A DNA stretch of 63,818 bases, counting the filler, from Neolecta irregularis DAH-3 (lineage: Eukaryota): NCBI GenBank assembly GCA_001929475.1. It is 6 parts of 6 records of this genome, joined end to end, with 100 filler letters (N's around TTAATTAATTAA, not from the genome) between each part and the next. Parts side by side here need not be neighbours in the genome. Positions count along the whole stretch, not along the records: positions 1 to 28,969 come from LXFE01000123.1; 5 more parts are not named here. The stretch is one strand, 5' to 3'. Numbering within the stretch: the first letter of the stretch is position 1; each line of letters starts with the position of its first letter. The notes under the pieces were generated by a model, which did no database searches, had not been told where the DNA came from, and was given only the letters and a program-made list of their open reading frames with translations. Of this stretch, positions 1-13,693 are shown piece by piece. Position numbers and translations under genes: made by a program.

Positions 1-136
1 AAGACTGTTGACCAGAGGTACCATACAAATTATGCCGAGTGAGAACCCTTTGGTCCTGCAAATCCAGCGGAATCATGTTGACTCGCTCTTTTCTAGATTG
101 GTCATTCGGAAGAGCTGATTGTATGTGATGCGACAT
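1..136 (-). CDS. Possible 5' end of a gene running off the window (MSHHIQSALPNDQSRKERVNMIPLDLQDQ...)
   Basis: ATG at 136 with an open frame to position 1; divergent from the CTNNBL1-like gene across an AT-rich spacer. No homology recognised. Confidence 0.3.
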   Translation of the reverse strand, partial: MSHHIQSALPNDQSRKERVNMIPLDLQDQRVLTRHNLYGTSGQQS

Positions 137-330
137 TTGTGTTGAAGAGGGCGTCAGGACGGTTGGCACCCTTTGCCTATATAAATATCATATCCATATA
201 TAAATTCATATCCTAAAGTAGATATATATAATTTAGTCAAATTGATTATTTGTATATAATATTAGTTGTCGCTGTACATATCTCAATATTTACGAGTATA
301 TAGATTTTGGCATACAGTTCAAACCCAATC

Positions 331-2303
331 ATGGACACAAACGCAATATTCAAAGTGTTTTTTCACTCGACGACGTATACTAACCTCTAGAAACCATCAG
401 GCATAAAACGAAAACTAGACATTCTAGATCCAAGTATCCCCCAACCCAGTCATCATCTCACTGTTCAGCTCAAGTATATAAAACCGCCCGAGTCGAGGAA
501 CATGTGCCCGAGAAACTCAACGATAGAGATGACGAAGGACGGTTTTTTGGGGGAGGATTGAGTAATACGCAGCAAGAAATCTTTGATTTAATGGATAAAA
601 ATGACGAGGAATCAGCGGGCGTATTATATCCCTTTGCACTGTTTCTAATGCCAGCCTACGGTTATGGATATACCCGCCTTGCGAAAGTTATCGACAAAGT
701 TTGAGAAAGCAATTACCAAAAATTCACAAATGAGAGCTAAATATTCTCACGATCCACAAAAGTACACGCAGATAACTATAACAGAGCTGATTCTAGATTT
801 CTCGAGTCAGAAGCTGATCTTGATGCCGAGGTTAAAAGTTTGTCTGTATTAGCGGGATATCCCGAATTGTACCCTGAATTCGCAAGATTAGGATGCGTAG
901 CTTCGTTGATTGGATTAATCACGCATGAGAATAGTGATATTGCCATTGACGCTTTGGAAATTATCGGTGAACTTACCGATGATGATGTAGAAAGCGCCGA
1001 ATCAGATTTAAAAGTATTGATAAACGCGCTGGTCTGGATCCCTTTTAAACTCTTCTGACTAGAAAGATGGAAAATGATATTCTGGAAATATTAACACAGA
1101 ATCTAAATCGTCTTGATGAATCAAATGAGAGTGATAGGCCGGGAGTATACCACACCCTGCGTAAATCCCTAGTCCAATTATATTCTGATTCTAGGCTGTT
1201 TAGAAAATCTAGCTTCGTTTGGTTCGGCTTTTGCACAAACAATCGTAGAAAATAGTACCATTTACAAATGGCTTCTCCGCAGAATACAAATTCAAGAGAG
1301 TCCTCAAATCACACAAAATAAACAATACGCCGCTGAAATTCTGTCAATTTTGTTACAGTCAAGCCGTTCTAATCGTGGCAAGTTGATTGAATTGAATGGA
1401 GTCGAAATATTGCTTGAAGCAACTAGTCCATACCGGAAGCGAGATCCCGTAAAAGGAAGCGACGAGGAAGAATTCATGGAAAACACATTCGATTGTCTTT
1501 GTGCACTAGTCGACGAACCCAGTGGACGGATCAAGTTCCTAGAAGCCGAAGGAATCGAATTATGTTTAATTATGATGAAGAACGGAAAGGCTAGTAGACC
1601 CAGGAGTCTTCAAGTCCTTGATCACTCGATGACTGGATTCGACGCAACCCATGTTTCGCAAAGATTTGTTGAAAAGGGAGGGTTAAAAATACTTTTCGCA
1701 GTGTTTATGAAAAAGGTATATCGTACTATATCAGATACTGACACCAAGCCCAATATACAAATGATTCAACACATAATCGGTATTTTCTCCTCGTTATTGC
1801 GTACTTTACCAGCGGACACGCCGCCCCGTATACGAACTCTAGCCAAATTCGTCGAAAAAGACTACCAAAAATTACATCGTTTGGTTTCTTTGTGGACTGA
1901 ATTTTACGAAAGATTCACGCGTCTAGATAAACTGCTACAAACTGAAAAAATGTCGAAAAGCCAAGAAGAACAAGATGAACGAGCGGCCGAGTTTGAATTG
2001 AGAAAAATAGAGGCAGGAGAATATAATTTATCGACCAGTTCTCTTGTTCTGTGTTGGCTTTCTGCCGAAGACGACGGGGCGAAAAGAAAGATTGAAGAGC
2101 TTTTAGATGCAAACGGACGAACCGTCGAGGATTTACGCAGAATTTTAAAAGGTTTGTGTGTGCGGTAATTTTTAGGTTCTCATGTGCTAGAATATCTCGA
2201 TAATATCGGAGATGTAAAAGAACCAGTCGACCAATCTGACCTAGATATTCAAAACGCGGTATATGAAAAGGAAATGGCATCTACACTTCTAGAATTACTC
2301 TAA
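331..2303 (+). CDS. CTNNBL1: Beta-catenin-like protein 1 (CTNNBL1 family, spliceosome-associated), about 9 exons
   Basis: Spliced model MDTNAIFK...KFEKAITKNSQMRAKYSHDPQKFLESEADLDAEVK...LITHENSDIAID...DEEEFMENTFDCLC...KFVEKDYQKLHRL; GT-AG introns of about 33-40 nt; stop TAA at 2301-2303. Confidence 0.9.
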
Positions 2304-2311
2304 AAAAATCA

Positions 2312-3778
2312 TTACTCAATATATTCCAACTCGAGCGCCGTCTCATCTATCGCATCTGCCCAAGTCGGCAACGGCGAGCGATACGACCAACTTTTGTCTT
2401 GGGCAGTATATTCCCATGCATGAAGATAAAGTTGCAATTCTCCTGAACTGGGATCTGTATATAATGGTGTATCACACTCCATGCAATTCTCGCCAGACCA
2501 TCGTTCGCCGCCCGGGGTATCGTCGTCACTAGCTGTAAACGAAACTGCAGTCTTTCCTATCTGTGATAAACGACTCACAATGTCCATGGTATCCCCCGCT
2601 CCATGTTTACCCATCTCTTCGCCCCAGACCCAAGGATCTGAATATATAGGATCATTCGAAATAGAATGTCCCAGCCATTGTCTATCCGTCAAGTATAAAA
2701 TATTAATATAACCTTACAGATGCACACGTAACTGATGAGTCCTTCCAGTCAACGGTTTGCATAGCACTATACTATATTTTCCATCAAAATGGATTCTCTT
2801 GAATACTGTTCTCGCAGTTTTACCATCGTAATGAACACGATTAAGTCCAAGTTTAGGCTCAACCGTCATCATCGGTTCATTACATTCAACATAGCCGCTA
2901 CCAATAAACGTCCAGAAAGCCAATAAAAACGCACTCTGGGAATTTCCCAACAACTTTGCAAAGATAATTCTTGAAAATAGATCGGGCTACTAATTTAAGT
3001 CGCATCTGTTCAGCTGCAATAGGCGAAAACGCAAGAAACATAAGGCCCGAAGTAAGTCGATCGAGACGATTGCATGCTAATAATAGAAATTAGTAGCGAG
3101 AATATCAAGAGGTTTTACGAAAGATTTGGGTTTCTACATATTCCTTATTCAGAATATGTACGATTGAGTTATGCCGAAATCTCCCTGCAGCATGGACCTG
3201 GATGTGGTCAGAGTTGGTATAGTTTTGATTGTCATACAGGTATCCCGCTCGGTTTGTCAATGACAAGGTAATCTTCATCTCGATGTACGATCCCAATTTG
3301 CTTGTCAGGTACAGGTGGTTCATGTCGATGCACTTTCAATATAAACTTGAAACCACAATTCAAATCTCACTTTTATGCTCAATTACATCTCCATTTCTGA
3401 CAACATGGTCAAAATCTGACTTTTGGCCGTTGACAGTAATAAATCCAGTCAAAATTGCTTTTTCCTAATAGTCAGAATTCCCCATGAGATGAATGTCAGA
3501 TACATAATAAGACTTCTCCCGATCCCGATATTCAGATGTGAAAACATCAATCAGCTTCATTCCCCGCCATCTTTCTTTGACGTTTGTAAGGTATACGTGC
3601 CAATATGGTGTCACCCTCCGAAAGCCTTGTTATGAGATCTGGCAGAAAAGAAAATACCGTTGGAGCAGGTATATTCGGCGTTGACAAGAGGGTTCGGGAG
3701 AGCTCGAGGTGGTGGAGGAGGCTTTCGATTTGGTTTTCCTTTTCGGTTTGGTAATAGGTGAGATGGCTCTTCAGTCAT
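2312..3778 (-). CDS. RluA-family pseudouridine synthase (Rib2/Pus8/Pus9-like)
   Basis: Motifs after splicing: [22 protein letters not shown] (catalytic Asp), [34 protein letters not shown]. Confidence 0.9.
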
Positions 3779-4002
3779 GTCTAATAAATCGCATGTACTG
3801 TGCAAACCAATCTTCTTGGGTGTGATATATTTATAAGAGACCAGAGGCCGAGACCAGCAGGTGTTCATGAATACATTGGAGATTAAACCGCCACAATCTT
3901 ATAAATTGACGTTGCTTTTTCTCACCCACATTTGATCCGGAGACAAGATACTGTAACCGTCCGTTGTACGTTCGATCCCACTTGGAGTCGGGTAACTTTG
4001 GA

Positions 4003-7000
4003 ATGTCTTCAATTCAGAAAATGTCTATTCAGGGTAGATATTTCTTTAATCGGTTGCACTAATGCAGACACCAGGCATCCGGGCTTTCGAGGTAATCAAT
4101 ATATGCGAAAAAGACTATTGAGAATACTAATGCAGAAATTTAGCCAACAGAACCATCATACATTGAGTTCTTTACTCCGTTGACTTTAATCTGTGGTCAT
4201 AACGGCTCCGGAAAAACTGCATAATCTCGTATAGAAATCGCTTGCTTACGATAGACAATTATCGAGTGTCTCAAGTATGCTACTACTGGAGACCTACCCC
4301 CAAATACTGGGAAAGGCGCAGCATTTGTCCATGACCCTCAGGTATCAAGATTGACCAATTATTAATTGACTCTAGATTGCCGGGGAAACCGATGTCAAGG
4401 GCCAAGTCAAGCTTTTGTTTCGCAATACCAATAACATCAAGATGATTTGTGTCCGTTCAGTCCAATGTACAATCAAGAAAGGCACACGGTCATTCAAAAG
4501 TCTGGAAAGTCAGCTTACAGCCCACCGAAGCGACAACGAACGATCTACAATCAGTAATAGATGTGCAGAGCTTGATGCGCAGATGCCAATTTCACTAGGA
4601 GTTTCTAAATCTATCCTTGAAAACGTTATATTCTGTCATCAGGAGGACAGCAGCTGGCCGTTAAGTGATCCGAGTACACTAAAGAAAAAGTTTGATGAAA
4701 TATTCGAAGCCCTACGATATACAAAAGCCCTCGACCAGATAAAATCAATTAGAAAAGAACAACAAGCTCAAGTGAAAATCGATGAAGCCACTTTATTACA
4801 TTACAAATCAGACAAAGAACGTGCCGAAAAAGTGAAAGCAGAACAAGATGAAACAAACGGAAAAATTCAAATATTTCAAGATCGAGTTGCAAAATTGGAC
4901 GAACAACTGCGCAAGATCACACAGCAGCAAGATGATCTATTTAGATTTAACCAAGAATTTCAAAAAACTATTGCAGAACTTGCGCAATACCGGCAGGAAA
5001 AAACTTCCCTGGAGAGTAATCTCGAAGAATTATTACACGGTCTTGAGATTTTGGAAGACTCGGATTCAGAGCTTGAAAGTAAACGCAAACGATTTGAAGA
5101 CCAGTTGAAAACTGGAACGGCAGAAAAGAATCGTAAAAAGGACGAAAGGAACAGACTTTCTGAAGACTTGAATTCTCTTCGATCTATATTGAGTCGCCTC
5201 TTATCAGAACAAGGAAAGTATCGCGCTGAAGCCGAGGTAATCGAATTGCTATAGTGTATGCTGAAAGTCAAGGCACATGAGCGGCATATCCAAACACGAG
5301 AAGAGTTGGTAAAATCAATCAGTGAAATTCACGGATTCAAAGGCTTTGAAATGCGCCTCGATGAACGTCGTATCAATGATTTTAGAAACCGTTTATCTCA
5401 CAATCTCAACGAACAAAAGCTATTACTGGAGAATACAAAGGTTTGTTACTATCGACAAAGTTTCTCTGATAGTACTAGTCTGAAGGAAGGAATCGAGAAT
5501 CGGAAATTACCTCAAAGCTTCAAGAAAAGATGGCGAAACAATCTTCATATGATCATGAAAAGTCCGCAGCTCGCAACCAAATTCGATCGATAGAAACCAA
5601 GCTTAACGATGTGCAATTGTCCCATGATAATATTTCAATCAACGAGGACGATGTAATCTTGGTCCAGTCGAAATTGGAGAGGGAAAAATCGGAACTGCAA
5701 AAACTCAAGGACGACTTACAAACAGTCGACTATGAGGAAAAGATCAAGACGAAGAATTCAGAGCTCCGGGAAATTGACGAAAAGCTAGAGTCCCTTAACG
5801 AGGAAACTGTCATCGAAAATCAACATGCGGAGACTCGTGCCAAGTTGACTATGATGAGAGACGAGTCCGAATCCAAGGAGGCCATTTTGCAGAGATTGTA
5901 AGTCTTTATTGTTGAATTTATTGATCACGTTATAGACTCAGCACGACCAAAATCAGGGCTGCTGATGTTTTGGGCGGCGATCCAGATATTTCAGGGCTGG
6001 ACAGTACCCTTTCACAAGTATTAAGGCAGTGTCATAACTGTTTCAAAATCTGACCCTCAGTAAAAAGAATAGACACATTGAATCTGCTGAAACCGATTAC
6101 GAGACTGCCAATCGAGGTTTAGCGGCCTTGCAAACAAGAATGACAATGGTCGAGGAGAGTGTCACTAAAATGAAGAGCCAAAAGACTGGTTCGTAATTTC
6201 TTTCCCTGTGTATATCTTAACTTTCTAGATTACAGAAATCAGCTTGATAACTTGTGCCCTGGTTATGGGCCAAATAGTTATTTGGTATATATCGACGAAT
6301 TGAAAGGTCAGGTTGCAGAGGCATCTGAGTCTGTTAAATTTACGCTCATCATTTAACATCTTAGGCAAATAAACAAGAATCAAGGCGGAATAGAAATTCT
6401 TACTCATGCCAAAAACTACCTTGAGAAACAGAATGCTTGCTTTTTGTGCCGGCGACGTTTCGAAGGGGAGGACGACAAGGGCGACTTTTTAACAGCGGTA
6501 TCTCGTTGAAAAAGTCCACTCACCGAAATACAGATCCTGTCGAGAAATGATCCGAAGAAGCTTGAAGAAGGAAAAGGGCACCTGAAGAAGCTTGAAGACA
6601 CTTTTCGAATTGCACAGAGCAAAGAAGGGATCTATCAATGGTGGAAAAATGCGGATACAGAGATCAATTTAATTCAACGTGAGTATCAAGAATTAAACGA
6701 AAGAATGGATGAGGCGGCCCAGGATGCAGAAGCAGTAAATTGGACGTTAGCAAGATTGTACTAATGAGCTAGAAAAAAGATGCCATTACAAAGGCAAGAT
6801 CAGAATACAGAAAGGCTGAAGAACTGAGGAAACCTATTGCAGAACTGGCCCGGTTACGCGAAGAAATCAAGAAGCTGAAAGTGAGTATCGAGGACCGCGA
6901 AGGCGAACTGGCAAATTCGGGTTCCACGCGTACGATCGAAGAGATCCGAAATGAAGTTACGTCATTGAATGAGAGCAGTCGACGATTAAAGCGGGAATTA

Positions 7001-8557
7001 AACACGCTTACTGCAGAGAGAGATAAGCGCAGGCAAACAATTAACACTCTTGAGAACAAGGTCCGTGACACGCGGCTTGAAATGCACGATGTTACTCAAA
7101 AGCTCGAAACACGCAAAGAACTTCAAAAGCGAATTGGCGAACTTCGAGAAGTGCTGGACAAGTTGTCAGAGGATATCACAGTGTGTTTTTAAATACTGGC
7201 AGTCTGACAGTGTAGAAAGCTGAAGAAGCTGCGAAGACTATCGCTCCCGAAATCGCTCAGCTACGTACCAAATTGACCGAACACCGTGAAGAACAGAGCC
7301 AAAGAGAGCATAAACTTCAAGACATTCTCCATCGACTGAATCAAAGTATGACCCGGTTTCACACGGCGAACCGGGAAATCCAAAACTACATCGAAACCAA
7401 TGGGCCAACTCAACTTGAAGATACTAGGGAACAAATCAAGAACACTGAAAATCAATTCGTTGAATTGGAACTTCGAATATCGAAAATATCGGACGAAATG
7501 GCACAATTCGAAAAAGAGACCAGTAGTTACCAAACATTCGAACGCCAAATTTCTGATAACTTGCGGATTAGGCGTATGCAACGAAAAATCGAGCAATTAG
7601 ACCAAGATATACGCGATCTCGAAGCCAAGAACGCTGAACGCGACCGAGATCAATATCAAGATGATTCTGAGAAACTGAAACAGAAGCATGGCCGTCTGTT
7701 TTCCGAGAGAGCTGGACTTCTCGGCGAGATAAAACAAATGGATAACCAACTTGCAAAATTCGAAAAGGAGCTTGAAACCGAGTTTAAAAACGCTCATGAA
7801 AACTATAGGAAACAATACATCAAAGTTAAAACTATAGGGGCAGCAAATGATGATCTACAAAAATATGGAAAAGCTCTTGACAAGTAAGTCATCTTTAAAA
7901 ATAACAGACCAACCTTAGTGCAATTATGAAATACCACAGTTTAAAAATGGAAGACATAAACCGAATTGTCGACGAATTATGGAAGTCAACCTATTCCGGA
8001 TCGGGTTGGCTTTTCGGCTGTCAAACGTTTGCTAAAGCTAGATGTGGATACCATAATTATCCGATCAGACAATGAAACCGCTCGCGGCAACCGGTCCTAT
8101 AATTACCGGGTAAGGCGATTATCATGAAACAATTCATTTTCTAGGTCTGCATGGTCAAAGGTACTGCAGAGCTTGATATGAGGGGTCGTTGTAGCGCAGG
8201 TCAGAAGGTGTTAGCCTGTCTCATAATACGGCTTGCTTTAGCTGAATGTTTTGGAACTAATTGTGGAATCTTGGCACTGGATGAGCCTACAACAAATCTG
8301 GACAAGGAGAATGCCGAATCTCTTGCACGAAGCTTAAACGCCATTATCAAAGCGAGACGGCAGCAAAACAATTTCCAATTGATTGTGATTACGCATGACG
8401 AAGCCTTTCTGGCAATGATGGGTTGTGCAGAATATGCCGACAAGTATTGGCGCATTAGTCGAAATGAGCGGTCAGTTTGACTAATTGCATGAAACACAAC
8501 TAACCCTTCAGTCAATGCAGCAGGATTGAGATGCAAAATATAGGAATGGTTCGATAG
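4003..8557 (+). CDS. RAD50: DNA repair ATPase Rad50 (MRN complex), many exons
   Basis: [15 protein letters not shown], Walker [31 protein letters not shown], long coiled coil, zinc hook CFLC (about 6438-6449), signature [10 protein letters not shown], Walker [17 protein letters not shown]. Confidence 0.97.
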
Positions 8558-8705
8558 AAGGACCGGCAGATATGCACACGCGTCATTCGGAAATGGCATA
8601 TATTTCTATTTTTGACTTGTGCTGCGGCCAGGCCTCTCCTATTTTTTTTACAAATATTAAATAGTGAAGACGGGCTTGGAAAGCGCAATATTTCACTCCA
8701 ACATC

Positions 8706-10337
8706 ATGTTGCTATTTGGTATGGCTACTGCCATGCTGTCGACACTCTTTGTGAATGCTATTTCTATAAACCCGGATCGAATTTCCCTGTGGAGACACCA
8801 GGAGAAGGAAAATTTCAAGGTGAAAGGAATCAAGTATGTGGGGTATACGATGATTTTTGACTTTCTAGTGCTGGTGGATGGTTGCTTCTCGAGTCTTGGA
8901 TCACACGCAGTTTGTTTGAGCAATTCACTCACATTTCCGACTTTCCTGGCGATGAATGGTCGCTCTGCGAGTATCTCGGTAAAGAGAAAGCTGCACAACT
9001 ACTACAAACCCACTGGGCAAACTTCTATACGTATATACTAATACAATCTGACTCGCACTTTCTGACCTTCAAAGTTTGGATGATTTCAAAGAGATGGCTT
9101 CCTATGGACTTAACACTGTTAGAATTCCGATAGGTTTTATCCTTGCTTTGATATCTGCTTATCAAAAAGGGTACTGGTCGTTCGACGTTAGTGAGAATGA
9201 ACCATTCGTTCAGGGTGCAGAAGAGTACCTAGACAAAGCCATTAGTTGGGCACGAATTTCTGAACTTGACGTTTGGATTGATCTTCATGGTTGGTCATTG
9301 ATTTAGGGCGATATGCTAATAGCCACAGGTGCACCTGGAGGACAAAATAGTGTGGCTTCGAGGCAAGATATAACGCTGACCTTAATCAAGTGTATGATAA
9401 CAGTGGACGCCGAGGTTACCTTTCGTGGGGAACCGGTATGATACTGCGATACTGGAATTTTGACTGTTAGGCGATACCGTGGCTCGAACTTTGACTATTA
9501 TAAACAAAATTATTGATAAGTATACTTCTGCCGAATATTCCGATGTAGTGACTGCAATTGAACTAATCAATGAACCAGATGGCAATAAAATTAATCTCGA
9601 CATGTACATTCCCTTTAGGCTATTGCTTACTCTGTAGTATCAAGGGTTACTATGAGAATTCATATTTGGCACTGCGCAGTAAGTCACAGAGTACTTACGC
9701 TGTCATGCACGATGCTTTCAAGGGACCAGCGGCCTGGAATGACTTTTTTCCGCTTTCCCAAGCTCCAGGACTCCTCCTTGATATTCATATGTACGGTTCT
9801 CTTATCAACGACTCTGAATAAAGCTATCAAGTATTCAGTAGGGATATGATTGTATTGTCTCCCGATCAACATGTCACAGCTGTCTGTAATTCCGCTCAAG
9901 GACTCGTGGATGCTAGTCTATATCATACGGTGGTCGTTGGGGAATTTTCCAACGCAATGACGGATTGTGTATGTTTCCTCAATCTCATCCATGCTAACCC
10001 GCGAGGCTACGTGGTTGAACGGCTTTCTTACTGGTTCGCGATACGATGGCTCTCTCGGAGGGCAACCTGGTGCTGGTTCTTGCTTACAAAGCTATGATCC
10101 CGGCTCATATGACGTTGCTCAGATGAGACGCTTTTTCGAAGCTCAAATTCAAGCCTATGAACAAGCTGATGGCTGGATATTCTGGACCTTCAAAACCGAG
10201 GGTTCTCCCGAGTGGGACTTTAGAATTGGTGTTCGCCTTGGATGGTAAATTTGACCTAGCATTGCGCATTTCTTATATTGTAAAGGATCCCTCAACCTTT
10301 GGATAACCTCATATACAAGCCTTGTGGTGACATATGA
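8706..10337 (+). CDS. Secreted GH5 exo-beta-1,3-glucanase (Exg1-like), about 11 exons
   Basis: Hydrophobic N-terminus; [38 protein letters not shown] (acid/base), VVGEFS (nucleophile), [10 protein letters not shown]. Confidence 0.93.
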
Positions 10338-10414
10338 TCTACAATGCCGATTCGGCCTTGTGTATTAATCTGTTAAGAGTGTTATTCTGCCCCTCATTTG
10401 TATTTGTGCTTAGA

Positions 10415-11626
10415 TTAGATATCAAGATGAATATTTGTGTCTTCTGATCGATCTAGATGCTCTTCCACCTCAGGAAGGTACTGTGAATTAGCATTATAAT
10501 TTCGGATTTCGGAATTGATACCCGAAAATCGACGAAACTGTTTTTACCATTGGAAAAGCTTATCATAAACTGAATGCTCAGAACACCATTCTCGTCCGTC
10601 CGAACACTAGCCTTCGTTGCAAGGCTCATGGCTTTGGAGGCAAGTTTGATCATCGTGAATCGATAACTACGAGTCAGAAACCGGCACTTTTTAAAGCAAC
10701 CTATTCTTTACGACATCAGGACAAATAAATGTCTCCAGTACGCTACGATCATTGGGATAATCCATTTCGGCACTACCAAGGTTTCCATAAGATCCAAGGC
10801 GAAAGTGAGGTTTCCGAGGGCTTGTTCTGATGGTTAAATGTTCCGTTTGAGGTGTTTCAAGTTCTTGGATAGCATCATGTAACCATTCACTCTATAGTTT
10901 CAGAGTCGGATTCCTCAAATTCAAACCTTCATTATAATCTTGCTAGCGAGTCCACCGTCTGATAAGGAGATATTGAACTCTTCCTCTGCTTCATACGTAG
11001 TGAGCTCACAAGTCGTGAGGACGCCGTTCTCTTCGACCCTTGATGTCAAAAAGGCTTCCGACCCAAGGCATACATTAGGATTAAGGGACATCCTTCAGCC
11101 TCGTAGAGGAATCTACAAGTTCCTCCGAGTCGCAATAATCCCATTGGGTGTTGATCTCCCCTTGCAAATCCAGGGCGCTCGCGAGCATCGGCGCCGAAAA
11201 TGTTTAGGCATTCGAGGAGAGCCGTTAGTGAGATAACAAAAGAGACTGAATCGTCATCTTCCCCATCTTCTGTGACGTTGTCGAGCTCTCTCGGCGGAAT
11301 TTTGTCGAATGTGAAGACGTATGATTGGAATAAACTGCTATTTTCCAGGAATGCATGGGCTAGACCTTAGGACACTTGGAATATTTGAAAAAACCTTGCA
11401 TTACATGGGCATTGTCTACAGTAAACTTTAGCCCTTCAGAAGAGATGCGGACTTGTGCGCGCTAGTGGACTAAGCTCGGGGAACATGTTGCTCGTTATAC
11501 GCTTGCAAAGCCGATTGAACGAAGGACGTCCAACAGCGGTTTGATCGATATGGCGATAGCATCCAGAACCTGTACTGCGTCAAACAAGACGAAAGAAGAA
11601 GTGGCTACAGGAGTGTGAGATGACAT
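10415..11626 (-). CDS. rad1: 9-1-1 checkpoint clamp subunit Rad1 (Rec1/Rad17 family)
   Basis: Spliced model with SEGLKFTVD, LLECLNIFG, LTTCELTTYE, KIIMKSEWLHDAI, ATKASVRTDENGVLSIQFM. Confidence 0.9.
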
Positions 11627-11836
11627 TCAACTGACACAAACGCAATTCAGATGCTTAGCAGGTCTGATAGTATGTATGTATATATAATCAGGTGACAAGA
11701 TGTGCCGTATGAGTATAACACGGATTCTTCACCACAACGTCTTTAACCCTAACCATATTGTTTTCCTCGGGGTTTTCATGGGCTGATCCGTTCTTTTCTC
11801 TTGTAGTAGCGGAGGTCGATATTCTAATCGCCTGTA

Positions 11837-12652
11837 TTGTTCAGGAGTTGCAGATTGCACTCAAAACTTATCACGTGGAACCAACCGCACATCTGTTTCC
11901 TGATGCCGCCATTTCACATCTCGAATCCTTGCTGTCGCGCTGACCTGGGTTTGCATCTCGCCTCCAATGCTGTCCTGCCCACTGATGTATTTTGCTTCAA
12001 TTGCAACGGGCCCCTGCGCCATTCTTATCAATTTTCAGTTGATATCTACAAGGCGTCGCGGTCGCACTCGCCCGGTCCCGACCAGGCAACTCTGGACAAA
12101 TCCACTAGCACCTCCAGAGGCGAACTTGATTCTCAAAAATTGAAGGAGATCTGTAAAAGGTCCTCCCCGAGGCCGACTGCAAAGAGTCAAAAAAGCACTT
12201 CTATTCCACAGAGTCAGACCTCTTCATCCAATCCCTCGTTGGCTACCAAGAAACCCCCAGATAAAGGGTCACCTAAACATAAAAGAAAAAATGAGAATAG
12301 TTCAAAAATCTTTGCTGAAGCATCAAGTTCGCCAGATCAGCCAAATACATTTGAAGAAAATAATAAATATCGATCTGCCCCGTCGTCGGCCCAACACTCG
12401 CCTCCCCAATCAGTGTCGAAAAGGGTAAAATTTAATATTTTCGATGTCAAGCCTTTCAAAGAGGAAAATGAAGAATCGTCTACTGTTCAAGTAAAATTGG
12501 AACCACAAGTTCATGATAATGGAAATGAAATATCCGACAAAGAATTCCTTAGACTGGCAACCGCCGGATCAGATCACCAGTATGGATTTCAAGTGGGTCG
12601 AAAAGAGCGTATATCTAGTGATCAGTCGCCTAATAGTATGATAGCCTACTAA
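11837..12652 (+). CDS. Hypothetical Ser/Lys/Pro-rich protein; 5' structure unresolved
   Basis: 271-codon ORF divergent from rad1; low-complexity composition; no recognised domain. Confidence 0.35.
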   Translation: MFRSCRLHSKLITWNQPHICFLMPPFHISNPCCRADLGLHLASNAVLPTDVFCFNCNGPLRHSYQFSVDIYKASRSHSPGPDQATLDKSTSTSRGELDSQKLKEICKRSSPRPTAKSQKSTSIPQSQTSSSNPSLATKKPPDKGSPKHKRKNENSSKIFAEASSSPDQPNTFEENNKYRSAPSSAQHSPPQSVSKRVKFNIFDVKPFKEENEESSTVQVKLEPQVHDNGNEISDKEFLRLATAGSDHQYGFQVGRKERISSDQSPNSMIAY

Positions 12653-13215
12653 GAAATAATAACTCACGCAAAAACAGGTAAAAAGAGGCTGCACCGAAAG
12701 TGATCGCCTGAGCTGTGTTACTACTGCCTGAATTTATTAAAGTTTTTTGTGTATTTTTGGAATTATAAGAGTAATATATGATTCATGATTTCGAGATGGT
12801 TGGATTAGATTTTGCTTCGTCATAGCGTTTCAGAGATTAGATAACGCTTCAATTCCTCACAGATAATAAATGTTTCAGCCTGGCTGTATTAGATTTGAAG
12901 ATGTGGTGGCCAAGTGAGGCAGGGGCCATCTAAATTTAAATAAAGTACATGTATTACCAGACATTTAGAATATTTCAATCATTCTAATGATTGAAACACA
13001 TACGGTTAAAGAGAAACGTTCAAATTAAAGTACAGCAGATGGGCTTCATTGGTCCTGTTGTATCACTCTTATGTGGCAGTTTCATTTCTAGACATATCTG
13101 AACCCTCTCTGAACCCTCTTATAATAATGTCTTACATGACAGACTGGGAGTCCCTTTCAACCATGATCTTTAGAAAAAGAGTTCTTGCCACATTTCCGAT
13201 TAATCCTCTTCAGAT

Positions 13216-13556
13216 ATGCAGTTAATATTCCTCCTAATCAGCCTTTTCACTGCAGTTCATGCTTTATTTCCTCCTCTAGGTTTCAGCACCTGGGTAAGCC
13301 CAGAAACTACCCTATGGTGTGCTGGAACGCGAGTCATGGCGGCCTCAGGAAGTGGTGGAAATAAAGGAAGATTGCCAGTCAGTATTAAAATGGGTACATT
13401 CCTTTGACATGACTGTAAATTTCTAACTATTGAGTATATGACTGTGCAACTCTGCATACAATTTGCCAGATAGATAATGAAGAAGCTCATTGTGTGCCTG
13501 GAAAATCTCTGTGGCAAAAGATCAGAAGTGGGCTGAAGGGAATGTTGTCTATGTAA
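13216..13556 (+). CDS. Small secreted 4-Cys protein (99 aa), 2 exons
   Basis: Signal-peptide-like MQLIFLLISLFTAVHA. Removing intron 13394-13434 (GTACAT...CTAAC TATTGAG) restores the frame to YDCATLHTICQIDNEEAHCVPG...SM*. Cys pattern shared with the gene at 23387-24259. Confidence 0.7.
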
Positions 13557-13611
13557 TAGTGTAAGCATTTAAGCTCACTTATGCTTACTACATTTCTATT
13601 ACTTTGTCCTT

Positions 13612-13693
13612 CATGGTGTTGCATGGTGTAACGTTGGTGTTACACGGTGTAACGTCGGTGTAACATTGTGCGACGTTGATATGACGTCGCACA
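13612..13693. repeat. Degenerate 10-bp tandem repeat (GGTGTAACGT-like) ending in a perfect 10-bp-stem inverted repeat
   Basis: catggtgttg catggtgtaa cgttggtgtt acacggtgta acgtcggtgt aaca, then TGTGCGACGT-N7-ACGTCGCACA (13667-13693). Confidence 0.7.

Noticed and set aside
6026-6060. Another GC-AG intron in RAD50
   Set aside because: A GT donor 3 nt downstream gives the same frame, so the GC donor is not required.
11746-11754. Another TAACCCTAA as a telomerase template
   Set aside because: It lies in a short divergent promoter or 5' gene region with no boundary hairpin or enclosing helix seen.
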